Shown here piece after piece: positions 31,820 to 41,822 of a stretch of 64,000 nucleotides of DNA. The position numbers were made by a program, and so were the translations under genes. The stretch's first letter is position 1; each line of letters begins with the position of its first letter. The notes beneath the pieces were generated by a model. That model worked only from the letters and a program-made list of their open reading frames with translations, had not been told where the DNA came from and did not search any database. Origin of the DNA: Candidatus Zixiibacteriota bacterium (GTDB taxonomy: Bacteria; UBP14; UBA6098; JBKHBT01); the NCBI GenBank assembly GCA_046542255.1, contig JBKHBT010000007.1, forward strand, positions 4,830 to 68,829, given 5' to 3'.

Positions 31820-33118
31820 ATGAGTGAGACAATTTTAATACGAGATGCTGGTAAATATGCTGGCGAAATGGTTACTGTGCGTGGATGGTTGACTCATAAA
31901 AGATCACATGGCAAAATTAGTTTTATCGATATGAGAGATGGAACTGGTTTTATGCAAGGTGTTATGGCAAAAAAGGATGTTTCCGAGGATATTTGGAATA
32001 GGATTGAAGATCTGACATTGGAGACATCGCTTGCGATGACTGGCAAAGTTAATCCCGAAAAACGCGCTCCCGGCGGATATGAACTTCATGTAAATGATTT
32101 AAAAGTCTATCAGATTGCAGATGAATTTCCAATACAGCCGAAGGAACACGGTATAGATTTCTTGCTTTCAAATAGGCATCTTTGGCTTCGTTCGAAGCAG
32201 CAGGTGGCTATACTAAAGATTCGCGACTCTATTATTTATGCTATTCGCGAATTTTTCAAAAAGAGGCAATTTGTCCTTGTCGATTCTCCGATTCTGACAA
32301 GCTCGGTAGGCGAAAGCTCATCAACTTTATTTTCGACAGAATATTTTGATTTGGGTAAGGCATATCTTGCTCAGACAGGTCAATTATATCTCGAAGCAGC
32401 AATTTATGCCCATAATTTGGTCTATTGTTTCGGCCCGACATTCCGAGCTGAAAAATCTAAGACCAGGAGGCATTTGACTGAATTCTGGATGGTGGAAGGC
32501 GAACAAGCGTTCTATGATAATGACGAGAATATGGAACTTCAAGAAGACATGATTACTTATATCGTAAATTATGTACTCGAAAACAATAGGGCAGAGCTGG
32601 AGATTTTAGAGCGAGATATTGAAAAATTAGAAGCCATTAAAAAGCCTTTCAAGAGATTGCCCTATGATGATGCGATAGATTATTTAAAACAACAAGGTTC
32701 TGAAATCCAGTGGGGTAGTGACCTTGGTGCAGCTGATGAGACTCTCATTTCCAGCCTCGAAGATAGCCCGACATTTGTGATAAATTACCCCAAAAAGGCT
32801 AAGGCATTCTATATGAAGGAGCATCCCGAAAGAGATGACCTAGTGCTTTGTTCCGATCTATTAGCCCCGGAAGGATATGGCGAAATAATCGGTGGCTCGC
32901 AGCGCGAGGAAGACCCGGATAAATTAATTAGAAGAATAAAAAAGGAAGGCCTCGATCCAAAGGCATATGGTTGGTATTTAGACCTTAGAAAATACGGCTC
33001 TGTACCTCATTCCGGCTTTGGCCTTGGAATAGAGCGAACAGTCGCCTGGATCACAGGAAGGCCGCATGTTAGAGAGATGATTCCATTTCCGAGAATGATT
33101 CATCACATTTATCCATAA
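31820..33118 (+). CDS. asnS: Asparagine--tRNA ligase (archaeal/short type; non-discriminating AspRS not excluded)
   Basis: Class II aaRS motifs FRAEKSKTRRHLTEFWMVE and GGSQREED...GFGLGIERTV. 432 aa with an OB-fold N-terminus. Confidence 0.75.
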   Translation: MSETILIRDAGKYAGEMVTVRGWLTHKRSHGKISFIDMRDGTGFMQGVMAKKDVSEDIWNRIEDLTLETSLAMTGKVNPEKRAPGGYELHVNDLKVYQIADEFPIQPKEHGIDFLLSNRHLWLRSKQQVAILKIRDSIIYAIREFFKKRQFVLVDSPILTSSVGESSSTLFSTEYFDLGKAYLAQTGQLYLEAAIYAHNLVYCFGPTFRAEKSKTRRHLTEFWMVEGEQAFYDNDENMELQEDMITYIVNYVLENNRAELEILERDIEKLEAIKKPFKRLPYDDAIDYLKQQGSEIQWGSDLGAADETLISSLEDSPTFVINYPKKAKAFYMKEHPERDDLVLCSDLLAPEGYGEIIGGSQREEDPDKLIRRIKKEGLDPKAYGWYLDLRKYGSVPHSGFGLGIERTVAWITGRPHVREMIPFPRMIHHIYP

Positions 33119-33140
33119 TTAATAGAAAGAAGGTGGTACT

Positions 33141-33935
33141 TTGTTTAAGAAATTCTTATTCATTGCCCTCATATTCGGCATTGTGTTTGCTGGATGTGAC
33201 AAGAAAGCCAAAGAGAAAGATGGCGAAGGTACAAAAACTGAGCAAACCGAGAATAAAGCTCAAGAGGTTGGAAACAACCAACAGCAGCAGAAAACTCGCG
33301 AGCAACAGCAGGAAGAACAATTTGGCGATATACAACTTACGCCAGAAAAAGTATCTAATACTGTTGAAAAGCTTCCGGCATGGGTCGAAGCGACTTCGAA
33401 GTACTCTGCTGAGCTTAGCCAGATTCAGGATCTTGGTATGGAAGACGGAGAGTCTTTCGTAGATAAGATTCCGGGACTCAAAAAGGACCTCGAAGCAGCT
33501 GGAATCAATCCAGATGAATATTTCCCGGTTCTCGAGAAAGTTCTTCAGGGACATATGTTCTTGAGAAGTAAGGAAATGTATGCGCAGCAAAAAACTCAGT
33601 ACGAAGAACAGCGCAAACAGATTCAGGATAAAGTCGATGACCCAGAGATTCCTGAAGAGGAAAAAGCACAGTATAAAACCATGCTTGTTGATTTTGATCG
33701 CCAGATCAAGATGTTCGAAGAAGGGCCTCCGGGATTCACAGAAAAAGAAATCGATATGATTGCCAAAGAAGCCGGCAAGATCGATCAAATCCTTCAACAG
33801 ATGCAGCAGCAGCAGCAGCAACAGCAGCAACAGCAGAGACCTCCACAAGGTGCTGCGCCACAGGGCGGACAACCACAAGGTGCTGCGCCACAGGGCGGAC
33901 AACCACAAAGAGGAGCTCCACCTCAAGGCAACTAA
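33141..33935 (+). CDS. Gln-rich lipoprotein with poly-Q tract and tandem PQGAAPQGGQ repeats
   Basis: Lipobox VFAGC. Q11 run encoded by CAG/CAA. Perfect 30 bp tandem duplication at the 3' end. Confidence 0.6.
   Translation: MFKKFLFIALIFGIVFAGCDKKAKEKDGEGTKTEQTENKAQEVGNNQQQQKTREQQQEEQFGDIQLTPEKVSNTVEKLPAWVEATSKYSAELSQIQDLGMEDGESFVDKIPGLKKDLEAAGINPDEYFPVLEKVLQGHMFLRSKEMYAQQKTQYEEQRKQIQDKVDDPEIPEEEKAQYKTMLVDFDRQIKMFEEGPPGFTEKEIDMIAKEAGKIDQILQQMQQQQQQQQQQQRPPQGAAPQGGQPQGAAPQGGQPQRGAPPQGN
33804..33910 (+). repeat. CAG/CAA trinucleotide run (33 nt) followed by perfect 30 bp x2 tandem repeat
   Basis: Tandem unit cacaaggtgctgcgccacagggcggacaac occurs twice (33844-33873 and 33874-33903), with a partial third copy. 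Confidence 0.85.
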
Positions 33936-33949
33936 TTAGAATAAAAATT

Positions 33950-34660
33950 ATGCCGAAACAAGACTTTACTTCGAGTGAAGCAATATTGCTCCGGAAATTT
34001 CCCTACAAGGAAGCCGGAGCAATATTTACTTTATTCACCAGAAAATATGGACTGGTAGATTTTATTGGGAAAGGAGTCTATTCATCTAAAAACTCGAAGA
34101 TGGCTTCTGCTCTCGAAGCTGCAAACTTGATTGAGATTCAATATTTCTACCGCGAAGGTAGATCGCTTCAGATTCCAAAAAGAGTGATATTGAAAGATGA
34201 TTTTCATTCGATAAAAGAAAACTACGATAAATTCTTTATGATTGCCGGTTTATTCAAAGAAATTAGGCAAATTATGGCCAAAGAAGATCCACATAGAGAT
34301 ATTTTTATTGAGCTAAAAGCTTTTCTTAAGCTTTTCGGCGATTTGAACGATAGTGATTCAGATTTCGCCATTCTGAAATTTAAAATTTATCTTCTCGAAG
34401 AGCTGGGTTATTTGCCAGATTTCAAAAATTGTTCAAGATGCAAAAAGGCAGCTGAACATTTCAATTTCTCGAGAAATAGCGGATCTCTTTTGTGCGATGA
34501 TTGTCGTGGCTATGATTCGAATCTCATCGAATTAGATGGTGGAAGCATCGAACTTTTGCGGAATATTCGTACAAGTCTTCATATCATCGAAGAAAGAAAT
34601 CCCAATATGGAATCTCTTTTTGCAGAAATACTGGAATATATTCATTCGCGAATTAGATAA
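33950..34660 (+). CDS. recO: DNA repair protein RecO
   Basis: RecO-like N-terminal OB region and C-terminal zinc finger CSRC...CDDC. Confidence 0.7.
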   Translation: MPKQDFTSSEAILLRKFPYKEAGAIFTLFTRKYGLVDFIGKGVYSSKNSKMASALEAANLIEIQYFYREGRSLQIPKRVILKDDFHSIKENYDKFFMIAGLFKEIRQIMAKEDPHRDIFIELKAFLKLFGDLNDSDSDFAILKFKIYLLEELGYLPDFKNCSRCKKAAEHFNFSRNSGSLLCDDCRGYDSNLIELDGGSIELLRNIRTSLHIIEERNPNMESLFAEILEYIHSRIR

Positions 34661-34686
34661 TCAAATAAAACATCACAACTCCATAA

Positions 34687-34719
34687 AAAAAGGGCACATT
34701 ATCTAAATGCACCCTTGTG
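34687..34719. terminator. Imperfect hairpin between convergent recO and ahcY (possible bidirectional terminator)
   Basis: aaagggcacatt ... aatgcaccctt forms an 11 bp stem with two central mismatches, flanked by A and T runs. Confidence 0.3.
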
Positions 34720-34739
34720 AATTTATATAATCCAAAAGA

Positions 34740-36020
<1,281 letters not shown>

Positions 36021-36187
36021 TTATTATCAATCTATCAAAGATATAAGAAGTTTCGAATAAGTAAAGGAAAATTAGAATTTATTTGGTTCGGGCAGTTGCT
36101 TTTCAATTTGCATGGGTAGTGATAGGATCATTTTGGTAGTTTTTGTTGTGGGGTGATGTATTGGTTTGGGGTTTGGGGAGGTTTTTG

Positions 36188-36292
36188 ATGCTTTATTTTC
36201 GAATAAAAAGGGAAAATTTAGAAAATAATCTATTTTTTTTGGAAATTAACCTTGCTGATTTTAGAATTTGCACCTATTTTATTTGCATATGA
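36188..36292 (+). CDS. Candidate small ORF (34 aa, MLYFRIKRENLENNLFFLEINLADFRICTYFICI) in the leader of the island operon
   Basis: Consensus GGAGG sits 6 nt before the ATG. The C-terminus is hydrophobic with two Cys residues. No homology support. Confidence 0.2.
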   Translation: MLYFRIKRENLENNLFFLEINLADFRICTYFICI

Positions 36293-36554
36293 GTTAAGAT
36301 GAAAAAAGAGAAATATAAACAATTGTTCTTATCACTCTAATTTGGCTGTATAAGAACAATGAACATACACAGGCGTTAGAGCGCATTTAAAAATAAGATA
36401 GTGTGGAATGAAGGTTGATAAAGATGAAGGTAATATTTTAGTTTTTATGATGTATAGATTTCTGTCTTTGGGTTCCAATACTTCAAAAATAATTAACGAC
36501 ATTTCAACTAAATTTGACACATAATGGTGTAAGTTAAAATTAGAATTAAATACT

Positions 36555-37136
36555 ATGGATATAATCGCAAAAACTACTTCAAAAAAGATTTTAATCTCAG
36601 GGGTATTTGCATCGGGTAAATCTACACTCGTGAAAAAACTAACTAATAGATTAGTTTTTGAAGGAATCAAAGTTAACACCGTGGGAGAAATACCACGTCG
36701 ATGTCCTTTTGCTCTAAATCAGAATCAGACGACTCTAGCTTCTGCGTGGTTGATTGGCGAGCAAATTAAAGCCGAAGTTGAAGAATCGATTGGTAATTAT
36801 GATTTACTAATTTGTGATCGAGCCATACCAGACATTTTTTCTCATTCAATTGTTTTGAAGAGAGAAGAAAAACAAGCAACACTCTCGACAATAATAAGTC
36901 TTGCAAAAGCATGGAGCAATACTTACGATTTAGTCTTTTGGGCAAAGGCTGACCCTAATTTACCTATTGAGACAGATGGTGTTAGGGTACCTGATAAGAA
37001 GTATCAGTTCTTTTTAGAAAAGAATATTGAAAAGGCCTTTGCTATGATTGGAATTTCTCCAAAACTTTTACCTCAAAAAACTGAAGATAGAATTGAATAT
37101 GTTTGTTCCAAAATATATGAGCTTCTCGATAAGTAG
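36555..37136 (+). CDS. AAA_28 (NadR C-terminal-like) P-loop kinase/ATPase
   Basis: Walker A GVFASGKST, Walker B-like LLICDR, and AAA_28-like C-terminal block YDLVFWAKADPNLPIETDGVRVPDKKYQFF. Confidence 0.55.
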   Translation: MDIIAKTTSKKILISGVFASGKSTLVKKLTNRLVFEGIKVNTVGEIPRRCPFALNQNQTTLASAWLIGEQIKAEVEESIGNYDLLICDRAIPDIFSHSIVLKREEKQATLSTIISLAKAWSNTYDLVFWAKADPNLPIETDGVRVPDKKYQFFLEKNIEKAFAMIGISPKLLPQKTEDRIEYVCSKIYELLDK

Positions 37137-37153
37137 GAATTAACTAGAATCAA

Positions 37154-38053
37154 ATGGAAATATCTGAAGATAAGCTGAATAACAAATTGCGGGAACGAAT
37201 CTCGAATAGTAATTCAATAATACAAACATGCTGTTATTCGAGACATGTCTATGAAAAGATAATTTGGCAAATAACCGATAAGTGTCCCCTAAATTGTCAA
37301 TATTGCTTCACTCCTGGAAGCAAACCAAGTGATATAAGTATGGATTCTGCGCTATACCTGTTAAGATATTTGCGGGAGAAGTACCCATGGAAACACCGCA
37401 TTTTATTTGCAGGCAGAGAGCCTTTGCTCTATGATGGTATCGAGAAACTAATTCTTGAAGCTACTGCTAACAGATTTATTTGCTCTCTTTCAACAAGTGG
37501 AGAACTTCTAACCAAATATTTTGCTGAAAAGTTGAATGACTCAGGATTACAAAAAATAAATTTTACTTTAAATTCTTCCGATCCGGATATTCATGAAAAA
37601 AGCAGAGTAGGTTCACAACATTCTAAAGTTGTAAAAGCAATATCATTGGCTTTGGATTTTGAGTTTGACGTGAAAGTTAATATTGTTGTTGATGAGAATA
37701 CATACCCTAGTCTTGATGATACCTTAAAATTTTTGATTGGATTAGGGGTTCATAAGATAACTTTAGGAATGCTACATCCATTTGGGAAACAATCTGTTCC
37801 AAAGGCAAGATATAATCAAATGTGTTCATGGATTTACAAAATTCTAAATAAATATCAAACATTAAACGTTGAATTACTCTTTATTCAACCACCAACCGGA
37901 ATAGAGTGCTTTCATTTACCAAATTGTCCAGCACGTAAAGGACTAATTGCAATACTCCCAAATGGCAGAATAACTAATTGTAACATATTTACAAATCCCT
38001 TTGATCAGCATTTCATTGGAGAACATATAATGGAGGAATATAAATATGAATAA
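37154..38053 (+). CDS. Radical SAM enzyme with C-terminal twitch/SPASM-like cysteine cluster
   Basis: CPLNCQYC (CxxxCxxC) at nt ~37283-37307. GGE-like motif AGREPLL. C-terminal ECFHLPNCPARKGLIAILPNGRITNC resembles a twitch/partial SPASM auxiliary cluster motif. Confidence 0.65.
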   Translation: MEISEDKLNNKLRERISNSNSIIQTCCYSRHVYEKIIWQITDKCPLNCQYCFTPGSKPSDISMDSALYLLRYLREKYPWKHRILFAGREPLLYDGIEKLILEATANRFICSLSTSGELLTKYFAEKLNDSGLQKINFTLNSSDPDIHEKSRVGSQHSKVVKAISLALDFEFDVKVNIVVDENTYPSLDDTLKFLIGLGVHKITLGMLHPFGKQSVPKARYNQMCSWIYKILNKYQTLNVELLFIQPPTGIECFHLPNCPARKGLIAILPNGRITNCNIFTNPFDQHFIGEHIMEEYKYE

Positions 38054-40061
38054 ATTAGAAGTATGGATGAAAAGTATTAATCAATTAAATTTGATCATAC
38101 CCAAATTTGGTTATATTCTTGATGAATTTTTCCACCCTTCCCACGGCTTTCAATCAAAACCTGAAGATGGAAAATTTAGCATTATCAGTCATGCTCGTTG
38201 CATTGAGGCAAGCCATGCTTTAACACTCAACAGTGATTTAGATTACGCACAAGAAGATGCACAGAAAATGATTGCCAATCTTTTTTTAAGTCAGCGTTGG
38301 ACGACTGGAGAGTCAGAAAAAATGATCCAATATCCAATTTCTGTTGCGATACCTTCGCTATCTTACATAATTCACCTTGTTGATGATACTGATAAACTGA
38401 CTGAATTAGTATCAAAGAACTTGGGTTCGTTAGTGGAATGGATTGAATATATTGAAACCAAACGACTTTCTGATTCACCCTACGAAAGTGATCCTATGCT
38501 GCATGGGATGTTTTTATACCGTGTGCGTAAGGCATTTGCTGTTCTTGAGAGAGACTGGATTTTTAAGTTAGCTAAGTTTAAAGATAAGAATCCAAACCCT
38601 AAAAAATATTTTGAAGACGTCCTAAGAAAACCAATCAAAACTCTTGACAAGTTTATTAAGGAGAGATTTTATTACTTTATTTCAATGTGTTCGGCAATTC
38701 CAATTAATGAGGAAGATGCTTTACAATTAGCATATTTGGTTTATTCTCTAGAGGAATATTCAACATTTAGAAATGACGTACTGATTGAACATGCATTAGA
38801 GATAGCTTTGACAACCTTATTCAGAAAAGATAGTGTACCAAGACTTCAACTCCTTTACAGGGACAATAAATTAAATATTTCAGGAACACCTATTGAGGTA
38901 TTGACTTTACTTTCCAAAACTCGTTTGGTAAGAAGGCATTTTGACTGCTATTGGAATGCTTTTCATCTTGCATATGAGTGGTTAAAAGCAACACAAAGGG
39001 ATGCAATTTTTAGTGATTCTTCGGTTCCTTGCTGGATGGCTGAACCATGGAGAGGTGTTGGTAAAGCAGAAGCATGGATAAATGCTGCTGTGATCGAATT
39101 TTTTACCTCATATAATGAAATGCTACATGAAGTATGCGCAAACGAAATAAATATTGAGTTTGGGGCTACCACAAGTCAACCCAAATTTCAGTGGAAGCAA
39201 ATAATTGATTTTAAAGAATTCAAAAAAGAGTTAGAAACAGCTTTTTTCCCTTTAATAAAAGAAGATCTTAAAAAAAAAGGAAAATTAAGAAAAGCATCAA
39301 TCATTCTATTTGGACCAGCTGGGACATCAAAAACTTCGATAGCTAAAGCAATTGCATATGAACTTGGAATCCCATTTGTTGAACTTAAACCACATCACTT
39401 TGCTGAAGAAGGAACTGATGGTGTGATTCGCAGAGCAAAAGATGTTTTCAGATCATTATTTGTAATGAGACGCTGTCTAGTTTTTTTTGATGAAATTGAC
39501 GAACTTGTAGCTAGTAGAGATCGGGATGTTGAGCAAGAAAAAATTGGGCGGTTTATTACCACAAGTGTATTACCGTGGTTTCAGGAACTTAGAGATTTAG
39601 CACAGATTGTATTCATAGTGGCGACAAACCATGTGGAAAACTTTGATCCTGCAATAAGAAGACCAGGACGCTTTGACTATGTACTTCCTATTGGTCCTCC
39701 AGATAGAAAAAGTAGAAAAGAACTTTTATTAAAGCTTTTAGAAGCCGATATCCCAGATAAGAACTCACGTGATGAAATTATTAATATCCTTGATACGAAG
39801 GTTAATGAAATTAAGTATGCTGTCAAAATAAAAAATAATGATGACAATGAAAAAATTGAAAAGGTATCATGGGCAGTTACGATTGGAGAACTAGTCAGTA
39901 TATCAGAAAGTATTGTCCGAGATCGTAATATGAATCCAAAGAAGAATGATTCCGCTATCATCGAAAATGTAGTCGGCCGTTTTGCAAAAAAGCCGCTTAT
40001 CCCACCTGAGGATATGGTTAATTTTAATGAACAGATTGAGAAATACAAATATCCATTATAG
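38046..40061 (+). CDS. Classic-clade AAA+ ATPase with ~400 aa alpha-helical N-terminal domain of unknown function
   Basis: Walker A GPAGTSKTS (nt ~39316), Walker B LVFFDEIDEL, second region of homology ATNHVENFDPAIRRPGRFD. The N-terminal 400 aa have no recognised motif. Confidence 0.7.
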   Translation: MNKLEVWMKSINQLNLIIPKFGYILDEFFHPSHGFQSKPEDGKFSIISHARCIEASHALTLNSDLDYAQEDAQKMIANLFLSQRWTTGESEKMIQYPISVAIPSLSYIIHLVDDTDKLTELVSKNLGSLVEWIEYIETKRLSDSPYESDPMLHGMFLYRVRKAFAVLERDWIFKLAKFKDKNPNPKKYFEDVLRKPIKTLDKFIKERFYYFISMCSAIPINEEDALQLAYLVYSLEEYSTFRNDVLIEHALEIALTTLFRKDSVPRLQLLYRDNKLNISGTPIEVLTLLSKTRLVRRHFDCYWNAFHLAYEWLKATQRDAIFSDSSVPCWMAEPWRGVGKAEAWINAAVIEFFTSYNEMLHEVCANEINIEFGATTSQPKFQWKQIIDFKEFKKELETAFFPLIKEDLKKKGKLRKASIILFGPAGTSKTSIAKAIAYELGIPFVELKPHHFAEEGTDGVIRRAKDVFRSLFVMRRCLVFFDEIDELVASRDRDVEQEKIGRFITTSVLPWFQELRDLAQIVFIVATNHVENFDPAIRRPGRFDYVLPIGPPDRKSRKELLLKLLEADIPDKNSRDEIINILDTKVNEIKYAVKIKNNDDNEKIEKVSWAVTIGELVSISESIVRDRNMNPKKNDSAIIENVVGRFAKKPLIPPEDMVNFNEQIEKYKYPL

Positions 40062-40117
40062 GCAAGAATGTCATCCACAGTTATCTTTAATTAAGATTTT
40101 TACATCACAAAGTTCAA

Positions 40118-41014
40118 TTGAATAAATTAATGGATATTGAAAAATTAATAGAGCGAATAGTTGACCTTAAAGAGGATATCTCAGCACTAAAACAAATTGA
40201 GAAAGAAATACTAAAAAAATACAGTTTTGGTAATATTCATTATTCCCTTTTATTTGATGCATTTCTCTCTGATCCTGTAGAATATTTTTCAAGGAAAGTT
40301 GGGTTAGAAAAGAATACATCGCTTCCCAAATTAACTAAAGCTATAAAGAATGATACCAATAAGCAGAGAATTCTGAGCACAAGTATCAGCTCGCAATTGC
40401 GAAACCTCTATGAGGCCTGGGTTTTTGGAGGCATATTGAAAAATCTAGCAAGTTCGATTATTGAACCAAGAGATTTATTCGGCACTTTAAAACTAAATGG
40501 TATTACGTCAAGTAGCAGCGCATCAATTATTGCAGGTATTGAGAGTAAAAATAAATTGGCTATTTTCTTAGATACCCCATTACCGCCAAAAGATTATGTT
40601 AGTGGGGAAAAATATAGATCACGTCCCGATCTAGGTATTTATTTGGTTAAATCGTTTGAAGGTGCACAACGCGATAAGTTTTCACCAACTTCAAATTATT
40701 TACAATTGATCGCTTTAATTGAATGTAAGGAATCAACAGTTTGGCCATGGACAAAAAAGAAAATAATAAATCCTTTAAATCCTATACCTGAAAAGATAGA
40801 AGTAAGCCACCTTGAAATGTTAATGTATTATGAGAAACTATATACACCGCCACTATTTTTTCTTTTATCAAGAGTTCAGACCCCCAAAAAAGCATTGAAT
40901 ACAATAAAAGAAACTAATATTAGATTTTTCGATAGCATAGGATATAATGAGACAGTATTAGAAAAAGTATCAGATGAAATAAGAAGTATTGTGAATAATA
41001 AAAACGCGCTCTAA
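40118..41014 (+). CDS. Hypothetical protein with candidate PD-(D/E)xK nuclease motif
   Basis: RPDLGIYLV (D171) followed ~30 aa later by LIALIECKE (E202-x-K204), each within a hydrophobic beta-strand context. Nuclease assignment is tentative. Confidence 0.35.
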   Translation: MNKLMDIEKLIERIVDLKEDISALKQIEKEILKKYSFGNIHYSLLFDAFLSDPVEYFSRKVGLEKNTSLPKLTKAIKNDTNKQRILSTSISSQLRNLYEAWVFGGILKNLASSIIEPRDLFGTLKLNGITSSSSASIIAGIESKNKLAIFLDTPLPPKDYVSGEKYRSRPDLGIYLVKSFEGAQRDKFSPTSNYLQLIALIECKESTVWPWTKKKIINPLNPIPEKIEVSHLEMLMYYEKLYTPPLFFLLSRVQTPKKALNTIKETNIRFFDSIGYNETVLEKVSDEIRSIVNNKNAL

Positions 41015-41261
41015 CACGCAATAAAAAAAATAGGGCAGGAAGTGATAAATTTTAACTTTAAGATAAAAAATGAAAAGTTTTGGTTATATGTAAAAGAAAG
41101 GTTTCAAAATGCCCTACGTTTCTTATTGCCAACCGTTGTCAAATCAAAGCCAAATAAATAAAAAATGCACTAGCTTATCTTAACCCTCTTCCTTAAAGCG
41201 AAAAATGAAGCAATATTCATCCCAGTTCAAAGCTTTACAACTACCCTCAAGATATATCAAA

Positions 41262-41576
41262 TCACCCCAAATCAAAAAGCTTCACCAATTTTGTTCTGAT
41301 TTCACTCAAATCTGTAATTTCGCCTAATTTTCCAATAACTAGGCTTTTCTCGAGCGTTGCGATTTTGTTGAGTTTCAGCAGTGAAGGAAGCTTTAGGCCA
41401 TTTATTTCATTTGGTTCGAGTTTAATTGAAAATTCATCATCCAAATGGAGATTTGAAGTAAAAAATGCCACGATTACATCATTATGCGATACTGCTAATA
41501 CCAAAGCAGGCCGCATCTTAGAGCCAGTAAGGTCGGTAAAAGGAAATGGAAGCAGGACAATATCTCCAAACATCAT
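41262..41576 (-). CDS. MazF/PemK-family type II toxin (mRNA interferase)
   Basis: N-terminus GDIVLLPFPFTDLTGSKMRPALVL is the PemK/MazF signature. Confidence 0.75.
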   Translation of the reverse strand: MMFGDIVLLPFPFTDLTGSKMRPALVLAVSHNDVIVAFFTSNLHLDDEFSIKLEPNEINGLKLPSLLKLNKIATLEKSLVIGKLGEITDLSEIRTKLVKLFDLG

Positions 41577-41794
41577 CAGTATTTTACCTTGAGATCAGAT
41601 TCTGTATAGTTTTCTGGCTCATTTTCAAGGAAATCTAATGAAGAACTTGATAGTTTATGAATTCCCTTTGTCATTAATTTATCTTCATATTTGCGATAGA
41701 TAAACTGCGCAAAATCATTTACTTCTTTTATTTGAGCTTCGTCGAGGCTGTTTAAAATATCGATTGTATTAGAAATTATTTCACTTTTTGTCAT
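41576..41794 (-). CDS. Cognate antitoxin (small acidic protein)
   Basis: 72 aa ORF immediately upstream of the toxin, overlapping it by 1 nt. AGGAGG RBS. Acidic C-terminus. Confidence 0.55.
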   Translation of the reverse strand: MTKSEIISNTIDILNSLDEAQIKEVNDFAQFIYRKYEDKLMTKGIHKLSSSSLDFLENEPENYTESDLKVKY

Positions 41795-41808
41795 ATTTCC
41801 TCCTGACT

Positions 41809-41822
41809 ATTAATATATTAAT
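41809..41822. promoter_or_regulatory. Perfect 14 bp palindrome ATTAATATATTAAT upstream of the antitoxin start (candidate TA operator)
   Basis: The sequence is its own reverse complement and lies 15 nt upstream of the antitoxin ATG in the expected promoter region. Confidence 0.35.

Noticed and set aside
33156-33926. 256 aa minus-strand ORF antisense to the Gln-rich lipoprotein gene
   Set aside because: It is fully antisense within a low-complexity CAG/CTG-repeat gene. Poly-L/poly-S runs are the mirror of poly-Q/poly-A, there is no RBS, and the sense-strand gene has a lipobox and RBS.
34687-34719. Strong intrinsic terminator between recO and ahcY
   Set aside because: The stem has two central mismatches, so it is only a weak candidate. 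It is reported as a low-confidence feature rather than a finding.
36332-36679. 115 aa minus-strand ORF spanning the island leader and start of the AAA_28 gene
   Set aside because: It overlaps a well-supported plus-strand gene, has no RBS, and has the low-complexity composition typical of AT-rich antisense frames.
37154-38053. Radical SAM as a prokaryotic viperin (pVip)
   Set aside because: Viperin-like context (adjacent nucleotide kinase) is suggestive, but the protein lacks the viperin C-terminal conserved blocks (NxxEDM, terminal W) and instead has a twitch/SPASM-like Cys cluster. Kept only as a functional analogy in the finding.
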